DNA of 64,000 nucleotides from assembly GCA_963823665.1 (NCBI GenBank), contig CAWGMQ010000006.1:352001-416000 (forward strand), read 5' to 3'. A program made the position numbers and the translations under genes. A model generated the notes under the pieces. That model did no database searches. It saw nothing but the letters and a program-made list of their open reading frames with translations, and was not told the origin of the DNA. Source of the DNA: an uncultured Planctomycetota bacterium (lineage in GTDB: Bacteria > Planctomycetota > Planctomycetia > Isosphaerales > Isosphaeraceae). Position 1 is the stretch's first letter; the number at the start of each line of letters is the position of its first letter. This document shows, in pieces, positions 20,390 through 31,451 of the stretch.

Positions 20390-20550
20390 TCAGGTCGCCG
20401 AACTTGCGATTCCCGATCTGGTCAATTTGGGCGGACTGATCCTGCTCGCAAGGAAGTCAGGATCGCCGCTGTAAACGATTGTCAGCCTCTGGTTCAACAC
20501 GGCGTTGAGCTGGAACATCAACGTTGTCGCACCGCCGCTCACGGCCGCCG
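20390..20550 (-). pseudogene. C-terminal remnant of an Ig-like (group 3) repeat protein
   Basis: TAAVSGGATTL...VLNQRLTIVYSGDPDFLAS resembles the Big_3 YSGD motif; no N-terminus. Confidence 0.45.
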
Positions 20551-21132
20551 TTGAGGCCGTCGGCATTGAAGGTGGTGGAGAAGGCGCCGATGTCCGCATT
20601 GCGCGAATCGAGGGGCTCGCCGCGCTGGTCGGTGGTGACGCCGGTGAGGGCGGCGCTGCCGGGGATGCGCCCGGTCGGGCTGGGGCGCAGGCCTGGTTCT
20701 GCGCGCTCGGGCTCCTGGCCTCGGCGGCGCTGGCCGCCGCATCGACCTGGCGGATCCGGAGGGTAGTCATCCGGCAGGCTGGTCAGGGGGAGGCGACGCG
20801 GCGGGCGGATCGCCCGACCGCGGCCCGCCGAGGCCCGCCCGCCCGAGTCACCCGCTTGCTGCCATCGCCGTCGCTCGACGGCAATCCGGTGCTCGACCTC
20901 GACCTCCGACCCCGCCCGGCCGCGCCGCTGGCTGACCCGCTGGCGTCGGACCATTGAAGCCCGGGCTCGCCGACGGCCCGGCGCCACGAATCGACTTCAG
21001 TGCCGCAGGTCCGACGCCTCTAAACGCACGTTTCCAAGTGCGTCGGTGGGCTTCTGATTTCATGGGATAAGTACGGGGACATCCTGAACAGAAGAGACTA
21101 CTGTGTCCGATGGGTCCTATCCGTCTCAGGAA

Positions 21133-22961
21133 CTATCTTGCCCAAGCGTACGCTTCAACGCGCGGGTCGGCACCGGCACTGAGGACGCCTGACTTTGGAT
21201 CAATGGCGATGGCCGCGTTCGAACCTAACGACCATGCGCCTGCTGATTGCAATTTGTGACCCTTGGCCTGGAGCGCTTTCTGGACTGCATTCGGAATACG
21301 GGACTCGACGGACAAGTCTCCGGGGTGGCTCATGTTGTGCGGAAACACCGAAGACGCGAAACCGCGCGTCGACCACCGCGGAGCTTCGATCGCCTGCTGA
21401 ACGTTCATGCCGAAGTCGATCATGTTCATGAGCGTCTGGACGGTCCGCTGAATCTGATCGTCACCGCCGGGGCTGCCAGTGATCAACCAGGGTTGGCCGT
21501 CCTTGAGCACCAGCGTGCTCTGCAACGTGCTACGCGGGCGTTTGCCTGGTTCGAGTGAACGCGGCTCACCCGGCGTGAGCGAATAGTAGTCGCCGCGGCA
21601 GTTGAAGATGAAGCCCAGATCGGCCATCACGACGCCTGTGCCGAACCCGCTGTGGAGGCTGGGTTCAAAACTCACCATGTTGTGGTCCTTGTCGATCACA
21701 GCGATATAGCTGGTGTCTCCTTCCGAATAATCGGCCTCACCCACGTGCGAGTGTCCAATGCGGGCAGGTGCTGCCGCCACTTTCATGAACTGCTCGGGGT
21801 TGCCGGGCCGGATTTCGAGCGAAGCGCGATTGGGATCGAGGAGCTTACGGCGTTCGGTCGCGTAGGTCTTGGACAGCAGGCCCTCGTAAGGGATTCGCAC
21901 GAAGTCGGTGTCGCCCAGCTTCTCGCGATCGGCAAAAGCGAGCTTCAGTGCTTCGGCACTCGTGTGGATGTATTCCGAGCTGTTGTGCCCCAGCTTCTTA
22001 ACGTCATAGCCCTCCAGAATGTTCAACAGGAACAGCTCAGCGGGACCCTGGGACGAGGATGGATTCTTGTGGACTTCGTAGCCGCGATAGTTCGTCGACA
22101 CCGGTGTTTCAACCTTGGCGGTATACGCCGCGAAATCCTCATACCGATAAAGGCCACCGTTCTGTTCGGAGAACTCCCCCATGGTTCTGGCGATGTCGCC
22201 TTTATAGAAGCGATCGCGCGCGCGCGCAGCGCCGCGCGCCGACCTAGTCCCGCCGCAGCTTGCTCGGCTTCGACCAGCTTCCGAAGCATCCTAGCGGAAT
22301 CGACGTTGCGAAAGATGTCGCCGGGGTGCGGGGCCTTGCCATTCGGAAAATACAGCTTCTTGGAGGTTGGATATTTCTGGATCTTTTTCGAGTTGGAGAT
22401 CGCACGCGCCAAACCATCGCCAATCGGGAAGCCGTTTTCGGCCACGTCGATTGCTTGCTCCAGCACCTGGGCAAAGGTCATGGTGCCCCAGCGATCGAGC
22501 AGTACATACCACGCATCGATAACGCCGGGCAGCGACGCGGAAAGCAGTCCGTCACTGTTGGGAATCTTGCCGCCGTTGTTCTTGTTGTACCAATCGATCG
22601 TGGCCAGCTTTGGTGCGGTTCCCTCGGCATTGATCGAGTACACCCGTTTCTCGCCTGCGTGGTAGACCAGAATGACCGCGTCGGCGCCGAAGCCATTGGA
22701 CTCAGGATTGACCAGCGCCAGCACGGCTTGCCCGGCCACAATGGCGTCGAACGCGTTGCCACCGGATTCCAGAATTCGCGCGGCGGCTCGAGTTGCCTCC
22801 TGTTTCATCGACGAAGCGGCATACTGCGTGCCCCGCACGACCGGCCGATACGTTCGGCTAGAAGTCGTCGAGCCGTCGGATTTTTCCTGAGCGTTCAATT
22901 GGGATGCGACCAACAGGTTCAGCAGTAATGCACCTAGAAGACAAATCGGCAATCGTCGCAT
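21133..22961 (-). CDS. ggt: Gamma-glutamyltransferase family protein (frameshift near 22220)
   Basis: Signal peptide, GGNAFDAIVA, DTSYIAVID (catalytic Thr), PGKRPRSTL, GSPGGD, GADPR. Confidence 0.88.
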
Positions 22962-23239
22962 GGCATGACTCCAGGCCGGCGGGGGTGTTATGGTCGACGG
23001 AGTGAAAGGCGCTCTCCGGGCCGTTTTGATTCGCGCGAGTATGAGCACGTCGCGACGGTCGGTCAAGAAACGCCAGGTACTTTCGCAATCGCTTGCGGTT
23101 CATCCGTCCATCCTATCGGGTGCCGGAGTGCGCGTCGGTGTCGTGGGACCGAAGTGCGCAGGCATGTGCCGCACAACGATTGTAATTTGCTGATCTTTCG
23201 GGCGCCGTGGGCTATCCGGCACCATGCCGCCACCTGATG

Positions 23240-23330
23240 CATCTTCGGGAGCGCCCCACCCGAACTGGCCGTGCTCATCTTCGGTGTAACCGTCGAGCGA
23301 CGTGAGCATCGAGTAGATCAACTTGGCCAT
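23240..23330 (-). pseudogene. Truncated RibD C-terminal/DHFR-family gene (N-terminal about 30 aa only)
   Basis: MAKLIYSMLTSLDGYTEDEHGQFGWG, then similarity is lost. Confidence 0.6.
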
Positions 23331-23417
23331 GCGTCTCTCCTCGGCTTGGTCGTTGAGCCGAAAACGTCGAGATAGCATGTGCGGAGTGCGTCCAGAATGT
23401 CGCGTGAAGTCCCTGTG

Positions 23418-23598
23418 CTACTGGTTTCGGCTCTGGAAGCGCTCGTCCAGATTCGCGACCTGGCTCGCAAGCCCCTGAGAGGCCAGCCTCGTGAATTCCT
23501 CGTCATGCATGGGGCTGAGCGTGACCACCATGCGCACCCATTCGCCGGACGGGAAGAATTCGACCATGATTGTGCTTTCATAAGGGCGTGTCACTCAT
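23418..23598 (-). pseudogene. Internally deleted SRPBCC/AHSA1-like gene
   Basis: MSDT joined out of frame to PYESTIMVEFFPSGEWVRMVVTLSPMHDEEFTRLASQGLASQVANLDERF; lies after ArsR. Confidence 0.55.
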
Positions 23599-23947
23599 GT
23601 GTCTTGCTCCTGGTGAGAGGTTTTTTCGATTTCTTGCGTTTCTTTTCGAGCGCCTCTTCGAGTCGGTCAAGACGTGCTTCCCAGAGGTCGCGGTATTGGG
23701 CCAGCCACCTGTCGAGCTCGCGAAACGGCTCAGGCTTGAGAGAGTAGAGCCGCCGCTGTCCCTCCGGCCGCACGGAGACAAAGCCCGTGGCGTGGAGGAT
23801 GCTCAGGTGACGCGACACACCCGACTGGTGAATCCCTGCCCTGGCGACGAGGTCATTGACCTGCTGCTCACCATGCCGCAGGGCTTCCACGATGCGTCGG
23901 CGCGTCGGGTCGGAGAGGGTCTGGAAGGTGTCTAGGTGCATCGTCAT
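23591..23947 (-). CDS. ArsR/SmtB-family regulator
   Basis: FQTLSDPTRRRIV...QSGVSRHLSILHATGFV...GQRRLYSL. Confidence 0.9.
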   Translation of the reverse strand: MTMHLDTFQTLSDPTRRRIVEALRHGEQQVNDLVARAGIHQSGVSRHLSILHATGFVSVRPEGQRRLYSLKPEPFRELDRWLAQYRDLWEARLDRLEEALEKKRKKSKKPLTRSKTHE

Positions 23948-24192
23948 GTATATACAGTACGGTGCATATACAGGGCGCGTCAAGCCTCTTGCCGACGCGT
24001 TTCCGCGACTTTTCATTTTGCGGGCATTTCGCCGGTCATTCGCCGCCGCACAACGGCCTCCCATCTCTGGATTCCGGCCAGTAAAAGTTCAGTAGCCGTC
24101 CAGTCGCCGCGACCTGTGAGAATAGCACCGACGGATTAGTTTGCGGTGGCTGGTTCTTGTTCAACGTCCGTCGGTAGCGCGCGTTGGTCGGA

Positions 24193-24258
24193 TCGACCGA
24201 AGCGCGCAACACCGATAAAGTTGTTCAAACTCCTCTCGCAAGGTTGAGCGTCTGAGAA
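24193..24258 (+). repeat. 66-bp direct repeat, copy 1 (copy 2 at 31116-31181)
   Basis: TCGACCGAAG(C/G)GCGCAACACCGATA(A/G)AGTTGTTCAAACTCCTCTCGCAAGGTTGAGCGTCTGAGAA, 2 mismatches. Confidence 0.9.
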
Positions 24259-24679
24259 AGTCCCAACGCGACGCGCGGTTGCTGCGAGTTGCCCCGTCTC
24301 GGCGCTCGTAGACCTGACCACTGGTCGCTGCATGCGTACAATCGCCGCCAGCGGCGGGTGGCGGTATACGTTGGACTGCTTCCGGTGCGCCGCGATCTCG
24401 GAAGCGATCAGGTTTGGGGGTGGGCCGCAAAACTCGAACTTCAGTATGGGAAGAAGCAATCATGAACCGCAGGAAGTTCTCAAATGTTGCCGTTGTTCGT
24501 TTGGCACTGTGTTGCCTCGAATCGGGCTGTTCTTCCGACAAGGGCAGAGCAACGTCGAACAAACCAAGCCGCTGGAACATGACCCAGATTGAGTCAAAGA
24601 TCAAAAGCTCGGCCAAGTTGAAAGAACTTCAACTGACCAAGAAAGAGAATGGAGAATATGAGGGCACGGGGACGGGCGG

Positions 24680-24984
24680 GCCAGCTTATCGACGAGTTGC
24701 GATTCGATGAAGGGGTCGGGAACATACTGGCATCGTTGTGCCCGGCGCTCCAGCGAAATGAAGACGGCTCGAAATTGTCGACGAAGATGCGCCTCCGTTC
24801 ACGCGAGGAATTGTTCAGGGAGCTTGACCTTTATTACCGCCTCCATTGGTGGACGCGGAACTCGCGACTGACCGGGAAAGACACCGGCGCCGTGCGTCTC
24901 GACATTATCGTGGAGCGTCGCAAGGCGCTTGAATGGGTCATGGACCCAGCCTGCGATTGGGACCGCGTGGATATGAGCACATAA
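24680..24984 (+). pseudogene. C-terminal fragment of a DUF4272-like protein
   Basis: LRSREELFRELDLYYRLHW...IVERRKALEWV...DWDRVDMST; no proper N-terminus. Confidence 0.6.
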
Positions 24985-25166
24985 GTGCTGGGTGTCTTGA
25001 AATCCTGCGCGGGGCCAACTTGCTGCGCTCTGCCGGTCGCGATATCATGGGCTTATCCGTCGTGACGTGGTCATCGAGGCACTCGAATCGCGGCGACCGG
25101 CCTGTGCCGCCCCTGGCGGCTGGTCCACTTTCCTCGTCGATCCGTCCATCCAGCGAGGTCGCCCCA

Positions 25167-25979
25167 ATGATCGCGACGCGTGCTGTCCGGCTCGGTGTTT
25201 GCTCGATGCTGGCAGTCATCTGGACATCGCCGGCTTTCGCCTGGGGGCCGCAAGCGCACCGGGTGATCGCGCGGATCGCCGAGGGGCGTCTCAGCCCGGC
25301 GGCGAAAGCCGCGATCGAGGAGCTGCTCATCCCGCCGGACACCTTGCCCGATGTCGCAGGCTGGGCCGACAAGGAGGGGCACGAAGCCGTGCCCGGGAGC
25401 GCCAGATGGCACTTCATCAACGTGCCGATCGGCGATGCCAAATTCGATCCCCGCCTGATCCGCGACGACAACAACGTGGTCGTCAAGATCAAGCAATACC
25501 GGAAAGTTCTGTCTGACCGATCGAGACCCAAGAAGGAACGGCAGCGGGCGCTCCTGTTCTTCGTCCATTTCGTCTCCGACATCCACCAGCCGCTGCACGT
25601 CGGCGACCACGACGACCACGGCGGCAACGACACCCAGATCCGGTTCTTCGACGAGGGCACCAACCTCCACAGGCTCTGGGATTCCGACCTGATCCACCGG
25701 ATCGGCGGCGACGACCGGGTCTGGGCCTCCCGGGTCGAGCGGGACATCACGCCCGAGGCGATCAAGGAGTGGTCCAAGGGATCGGTCGACGACTGGGCCG
25801 ACGAGAGCCTGCAAGTCGCCAAGCTCGCCTACCGCCCGCTCGACGATGCCCCCAAGATCATCCCCCGGGGCTACAAGCTGGGCGAGTCTTACCTCGTGCG
25901 AGCGGAGCCGATCCTCAAGAAGCAGATGGCGAGCGCTTCCGTCCGCCTGGCGAATGAACTGAATGCCATCTTTAAATGA
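25167..25979 (+). CDS. Secreted S1/P1 nuclease
   Basis: Signal peptide AFA|WGPQAH; WAD; WHFIN; HFVSDIHQPLH; NLHRLWD zinc ligands. Confidence 0.93.
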   Translation: MIATRAVRLGVCSMLAVIWTSPAFAWGPQAHRVIARIAEGRLSPAAKAAIEELLIPPDTLPDVAGWADKEGHEAVPGSARWHFINVPIGDAKFDPRLIRDDNNVVVKIKQYRKVLSDRSRPKKERQRALLFFVHFVSDIHQPLHVGDHDDHGGNDTQIRFFDEGTNLHRLWDSDLIHRIGGDDRVWASRVERDITPEAIKEWSKGSVDDWADESLQVAKLAYRPLDDAPKIIPRGYKLGESYLVRAEPILKKQMASASVRLANELNAIFK

Positions 25980-26020
25980 TCCTGGCTCTCAAGTCATACC
26001 ATGGCAGATGTTCTGGGCCA

Positions 26021-27547
26021 CTAAAAGCGGCCCTTCGTTCGTGACGCTCTCTCGAGTTGCGCGACGACCTGCGCCTCGATCTCCGCAAGCCTTGCAGTCG
26101 AAATCTCTACTTGTGGAGCCGGCTCTAGAAATCGAAGCGTCATAGAGGCTTGCTGTTGCACGCCGGCGTCGACATCGTTGAGTAAAGGGGTCAAGAACGG
26201 TGCGAGGTGTGGACCCCGGTTGGAGCATTCACGCAAAGCCGCCGTCGATGCCGCACGCACTCCTGCATCCGAATGCGTCAATCGCTTGACCAATTCCTCG
26301 GTCCCATTCACTGCGAATCTTGCGAATGCGAACGCGCCCTGAAAACGGACGCTGGATCTTTGAAACGCTTCAGCTTGCGCTCGGTCCACGATCCCTTCGA
26401 CTTGAGGCAGGATAACCGGGGCTTCATCAAGGAGGCGCAATCCGATCCTGGCGACTCGCGCATCCTTTAGCGCCTCCAATATTTGGATGGCATGCTGTAT
26501 CTCGAACTGGTTACGAGGTGTCTCCAAGAGACGAACCATCGCGTCAGCTATTCGAGAATCTTTTATGTATGTAACCAGATAGAAGAGCGCGCTGAGTGTG
26601 ATACCTGTGATCGCTGCGTCGTCAAGTGCCTCAATCAAAGGATTAATCGCGCTCGCGTCTCCATAGCTACCGAGCATTGCAGCGGCGGCTGAACGCACGT
26701 CGGATTCCGAACCCGAGCGTAGGATGCGGCTGAGTGGCTCGATCAATTCCGGATGTTCATTATTGGGATCGTGGGGCCGAAACTCGCGTAACAGATGCTT
26801 CGCTGCGTTCGCCCGAGTGGTGCGGGTTGATGACTCGAGTTGAGCGACAAGGTCAGGGACGGTCGGTCGTCGAGGCTTGGCCCGGCTGGGTCCGATCGAG
26901 CGGGCTGGTTGTCGAGGTTGGTCTGGCGCGTACACTCCCTGGTAAGGTCCAAAGAACTTCTTGTGCTCTCCGTTATTCAAGAAAAGCGCATGTTCGGCCC
27001 GCATCAACAATTCAAAGGACGGGAATCGTTCTGCTCCAGGAATCCAATGTGCGAATCGCCACGCCTCCCACTCACCGTCGGAGGCGACAACGAGAGGGTT
27101 CAGCACGTAAATCATCGAGTCGCCAGGAATCGGGTCGGCTATCACCAGTGATCGCCGAAAATGCTCGCGGTCAAAAATCGGGCGTCCGTCATACGAAAAG
27201 TATTCCTCGCTGGGATAATTCTGCATCAAATCCTCGCCGTCTTCCGGCGACCAGACATCGAGCAGTTCCGGGGCGTCGGATTCCAGCCAGTCGACCTGAG
27301 AAACGGGGCGGATTCTATCAACGAACATCGAGGTGCGCAACCAACCGTTCGTCGTAAGAAGGAAACTCCGATACGATGGCGGTAACTCTTGACCGATCCG
27401 CTTCTCCAATCGAAGCACTTGTTTTTCGGTTGCGGGCGGAAATCCGAGCCATTGGCGTTTTCGAACCTGGGCGGGGAAGCTCTTCTCGGCGGCCAGCCAT
27501 TCGTAACTCCACTGCTGCAAGAACTCTCGCCATTGAGAAGTCGTCAT
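26021..27547 (-). CDS. SMI1/KNR4 (SUKH) domain fused to HEAT-like repeats
   Basis: WLGFPPATEKQVLRLEKRIGQELPPSYRSFLLTTNGW; GEWEAWRFAHWIPGAERF; C-terminal VRSAAAAMLG HEAT-like helices. Confidence 0.85.
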   Translation of the reverse strand: MTTSQWREFLQQWSYEWLAAEKSFPAQVRKRQWLGFPPATEKQVLRLEKRIGQELPPSYRSFLLTTNGWLRTSMFVDRIRPVSQVDWLESDAPELLDVWSPEDGEDLMQNYPSEEYFSYDGRPIFDREHFRRSLVIADPIPGDSMIYVLNPLVVASDGEWEAWRFAHWIPGAERFPSFELLMRAEHALFLNNGEHKKFFGPYQGVYAPDQPRQPARSIGPSRAKPRRPTVPDLVAQLESSTRTTRANAAKHLLREFRPHDPNNEHPELIEPLSRILRSGSESDVRSAAAAMLGSYGDASAINPLIEALDDAAITGITLSALFYLVTYIKDSRIADAMVRLLETPRNQFEIQHAIQILEALKDARVARIGLRLLDEAPVILPQVEGIVDRAQAEAFQRSSVRFQGAFAFARFAVNGTEELVKRLTHSDAGVRAASTAALRECSNRGPHLAPFLTPLLNDVDAGVQQQASMTLRFLEPAPQVEISTARLAEIEAQVVAQLERASRTKGRF

Positions 27548-27743
27548 AGTCGACCGGAAATTGTTGATTGGTTGCGGTTCCGTTTTCGGCACGGTGGCAC
27601 TAGTCTGTTCAGGATAGTACTTTGGCCAAGGGAATTCTAGTAAATCAGGAGTGTGGCCCACGATTCTCGATCGCTGGTGGTACTGAGCGGCCACGCAACC
27701 AAGGTACCTGGTGCGCCATCGTGGATCGTGAGTCTCGGGTCAG

Positions 27744-29972
27744 TCATTCCCGCTCCGCCCCGCGACGACTACCGGCGCCCGCCTTCACCAAGTACTCCTT
27801 CGGCGGCTCGGCGCCCAGCAACCCGCGGACGAAATAGTCCCAGCGGCGCCGTACCACATAGTTCGATGCGCTGCCGTACGCGTGGCCGGCGTTGGGAAGG
27901 ATGATCAGATCGAAGTCCTTGTTCGCCTTGATCAGAGCATCGACGACGAGATAGGTGTTGTCCGGCGGGACGTTCGTGTCCATGGTGCCCGTCATGAGCA
28001 GAAGCTTGCCGCGAAGATTTTTCGCCTGATTCTGGTTGGCTTCTGCGGCATAGTTGTCCGTGCCGTCACCGCTGCGGATGAGAGGTCCCTGATAACGCTC
28101 ACTGAAGTCTTCTTCGTAGAGTCGCTGATCGTGGTTCCCCGACTCCGAAATGCCGACCTTGAAGAAGTCTCCGAAGCGGAACATCGCGTCTGCCGCAGCA
28201 AATCCACCGCCCGAGTGACCGTAGATTCCGACACGATCAATATCGATCCACGGATAGCGCCGAGCCAGATCCTTCATGCCGGCAACCTGGCTGGGCAGCG
28301 TGTTGTCGCGGCCCATCGCGCCGTAGTAGGCATCATGAAATGATTTGGAACGCTGTTCAGTCCCCATGCCGTCGATGGCAACAACCACAAAACCCAGTTC
28401 GGCGAGCGCCTGCCGGTCCCCGCGAGCTGCGGTGAACCTCCGGCTCCCGACGCTCGCTCCGAAGGGCCCCGGATAGATATTGTTGATGATCGGGTATTTC
28501 CGGGATGCGTCGAAGTTCGTCGGGCGGAACATCATTCCATAGACATCGGTTTTCCCGTCTTGCGCCTTCATGGTGATCGGGATCGGCGGTTTCCATCCCG
28601 TGGCGAGCAGGCGGGAAATGTCCGCCTTTTCGAGCGGCATCACCAACTTGCCGTCGCGATCGCGCAGGGCCACGACAGGCGGCACATCGGGCTTCGAATA
28701 GGTGTCTACAAGGAACTGGCCTGAAGGTGAGAGCTGGATGGTGTGGTCACCGTCATCGGGAGTCAGCGACACCTGGTCTCCCCCGTCGAGACCGATACGG
28801 TAGTAGTGCGCAAAGTACGGGTCCTGACCGCGCTCGCGTCCCTTGGCCTGGTACCACAGTGTCCGCGTCGGCTGGTCAATCCGGACGGTCTGTGTGACCG
28901 GACCTTCGCCCGAAGTAATCTTGCGCTCCAGCGCCCCGGTGTTGAGATCGTACAGATACAACTGGCCCCAATCGTCGCGCTGGGAATACCAGATCAGTTC
29001 ATTCGTGGCCCAGAGCACGTGCCAGCCCGTTCGCGACTCAAAGTGGGTGATGGTGGTCTCCGACATCACCGTCCGGACTGCTCCGGTTGTGGCGTCGGCC
29101 AGCTTGAGCGTCGCCGTCCGGTGGTCTCTCGTTACGGAAGCGAGAGCCAGACGGGAACCATCCGGGCTCCAATTGTAGTCGTTCATCGAGATGTTGTCGG
29201 AATACGTCGCGCGGTGAAAGTCGGGTGGCATCTGCAACCGGATCACGCGCCCGGCGTCGACATCGATGATCACGCGATGGATCATCGGAAGGATTGAGTC
29301 GCCCGAGAAGGAGTACTTCCAGGTGTGCAGAATCGGTTGACCGACGCGGGTCTCAAGCAGATACATGTCGGCGACTTGCCTCTCGTCTTGTTGTTGCGTC
29401 GCAATCTTTCGAGAATCCGGAGACCACTTCAGCATGGCGCGGTCACTCTTCACCCACCCAGCGTTGTCCGTCGCGTAGCCGAAGTTCTTGACGCCGTCGG
29501 TGGTAAGCTGGCGCTCCTGCTTCGTGGCCACGTCCCGCACCCAGAGATTCCACTCTTTGATGAACGCGGCACGCTTCCTGTCGGGTGAGAGCACTCCTGC
29601 TGCGCCGCCGGTTCGCGGTCCACCGCCGCCACCGCGCATGGCGATGCCACCAGCACCCTCGGTGCTGCTCGACCCGGCGGCGGTATCTGCTGCGGTGGCT
29701 TTGGTGCGGGTGCGACGCACCGGATCGACGACCATCGGCTCGGAGCCGGTCAACGTGGTGCTGGTGTACCAGAAGCGGCCGTCGGAGAGCCATCTCGCCT
29801 GCACGTTCCCACCCACAACAAGGCCGCCGAGATTCCCGCCGAGGAATCGGGCGGCGCGGTCGTAATCCGCTGTGGACAGGACCGGAGGACTCTGTGCTGC
29901 AAGCGGGCGAATCATCTGAAAGCTTGCCAGCACCACGGCCACTCGCACAAGCGCTCCGAACGAACGATGCAT
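27744..29972 (-). CDS. S9 family dipeptidyl peptidase IV-like protein, secreted
   Basis: GHSGGG, DTNV, GH catalytic triad; DPP IV N-terminal region; GGAGG RBS. Confidence 0.92.
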   Translation of the reverse strand: MHRSFGALVRVAVVLASFQMIRPLAAQSPPVLSTADYDRAARFLGGNLGGLVVGGNVQARWLSDGRFWYTSTTLTGSEPMVVDPVRRTRTKATAADTAAGSSSTEGAGGIAMRGGGGGPRTGGAAGVLSPDRKRAAFIKEWNLWVRDVATKQERQLTTDGVKNFGYATDNAGWVKSDRAMLKWSPDSRKIATQQQDERQVADMYLLETRVGQPILHTWKYSFSGDSILPMIHRVIIDVDAGRVIRLQMPPDFHRATYSDNISMNDYNWSPDGSRLALASVTRDHRTATLKLADATTGAVRTVMSETTITHFESRTGWHVLWATNELIWYSQRDDWGQLYLYDLNTGALERKITSGEGPVTQTVRIDQPTRTLWYQAKGRERGQDPYFAHYYRIGLDGGDQVSLTPDDGDHTIQLSPSGQFLVDTYSKPDVPPVVALRDRDGKLVMPLEKADISRLLATGWKPPIPITMKAQDGKTDVYGMMFRPTNFDASRKYPIINNIYPGPFGASVGSRRFTAARGDRQALAELGFVVVAIDGMGTEQRSKSFHDAYYGAMGRDNTLPSQVAGMKDLARRYPWIDIDRVGIYGHSGGGFAAADAMFRFGDFFKVGISESGNHDQRLYEEDFSERYQGPLIRSGDGTDNYAAEANQNQAKNLRGKLLLMTGTMDTNVPPDNTYLVVDALIKANKDFDLIILPNAGHAYGSASNYVVRRRWDYFVRGLLGAEPPKEYLVKAGAGSRRGAERE

Positions 29973-30267
29973 GGTACCTCCCGAATGTTTCGGATGATCT
30001 GAATGCAAAACTCTGCCAAACTATGGCTCGACGCGTGCCGGGGCCACAATGAAGGTTGCCGTCGCCTGGAGTGCTGGTGCCATCTAACGACCTGGATCAG
30101 CGGCCCGCCGCCAGGCGGGCCCGCTGGATCGCCTCGTTAGACGGGCCGCCGGCGTGCCGGCCTGGCACGAGGCGAACGGATCCTGGCGGGCCGACGACAC
30201 CAGCATGCCGCGCCCAGGGCGGCTCGGCAAGCGGGCGGGACGGGCGCCATCGACTCCGGATGGCATG

Positions 30268-30804
30268 TTAGTCGGGGCGACGCCGACGACGCTGCGATGG
30301 CGCACGATCGACCACCGACCCGCGGCCGCCGCGCGCGAACGGCACGGGATTGCGAGCGATGGCCTCGTCGATCAGGCTCGCAACCGCCGGACGGGCGAGT
30401 GTGGATGCGCCCTCCACGTGAATCCAGCGCGTCTGGCCACCGGACCCCTGCAACAACTTCTCAGGATCCGGCAACCCCTTACCACGATTGAAGTAGAGCC
30501 GAACGCCGTCCGCGCTCCCGCGGATGGCAAGAACGCCCTCGTACCCGCGCTCGCTCGGCGAATAGCTGATGACGAAGCAGTCGCGATATTCATACACCAC
30601 CTCATGGGCGGTGGGCAGTCGCTTTCGCAGCGACCGTCGCATGGCGCCTACGAGCCGTAGATGCGCGGGCGCGAACTTGGCGATACCCGCACGCACCTGG
30701 GCTTCCGCCGATCGTCGCGCCACCGCAGACTGGGTGCTGCCCGGGACCTCGACTTCAACCTGGACGGAACGGCGTTCGGAGGGTTTTTTCTTCAGGGTCA
30801 TCAT
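30268..30804 (-). CDS. DUF1801/YdhG-like hypothetical protein
   Basis: LPTAHEVVYEY...VRLYFNRGKGLPDPEKLLQGSG; AAGGAG RBS. Confidence 0.7.
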   Translation of the reverse strand: MMTLKKKPSERRSVQVEVEVPGSTQSAVARRSAEAQVRAGIAKFAPAHLRLVGAMRRSLRKRLPTAHEVVYEYRDCFVISYSPSERGYEGVLAIRGSADGVRLYFNRGKGLPDPEKLLQGSGGQTRWIHVEGASTLARPAVASLIDEAIARNPVPFARGGRGSVVDRAPSQRRRRRPD

Positions 30805-31050
30805 GGCTCCTTGGATGCCGACCCGGCCGGCTGTGCCCGCGGCTGCGATCCCGGGACGACGATTCTTTCTATCTATAGTGGAACGGACCAGGACGAAATC
30901 GACACGCGTAACGAAATTTCTCAAGAACTGGCAATGGAGTCAATTCCACGATTCGTGTCGCCAGAGGAATCCGCCGTTGCCCCTCAAAAGCTCAAATCCC
31001 GTCGCCAGTCGCTTCCGCAACCAGTGGCGGGATTTGAGTTAGCGAAACAC

Positions 31051-31072
31051 TCGGGGCGACTGGATTTGAACC
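31051..31072 (-). pseudogene. tRNA (Pro-like) 3'-end fragment, att-like scar
   Basis: Minus strand reads GGTTCAAATCCAGTCGCCCCGA, followed by the imperfect IR CTCAAATCCCG...CGGGATTTGAG. Confidence 0.55.
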
Positions 31073-31115
31073 CCGCGTGGCCGTCTACCTGCTGCCCTAC
31101 CCTGCTTCGGTCTGC

Positions 31116-31181
31116 TCGACCGAAGGGCGCAACACCGATAGAGTTGTTCAAACTCCTCTCGCAAGGTTGAGCGTCTGAGAA
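31116..31181 (+). repeat. 66-bp direct repeat, copy 2
   Basis: Matches 24193-24258. Confidence 0.9.
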
Positions 31182-31451
31182 GGGAAGCAAGGCACCCACC
31201 CTTTCGTCGGGAATCAAAGATGGAACCGTGCGGGGAAGGGCGCAGCCGCGCACCCGTTCTCTCCGAGCGATCCGTCCGTGGCTGCCTCAAACTCGGCGAA
31301 ACGCTGGGTGTCTTGAAACCCCCACCGGCATGCGGGAGTGCGCCGTCATGGCGATCGAGGGCGACAACTGGCCGGTCGAGCCGCAGGCCGAGATCCCGGT
31401 CATTAAAAGCCAGGATGACCTGGACGACCTCTACGCCAAGGCGACGGTCCG

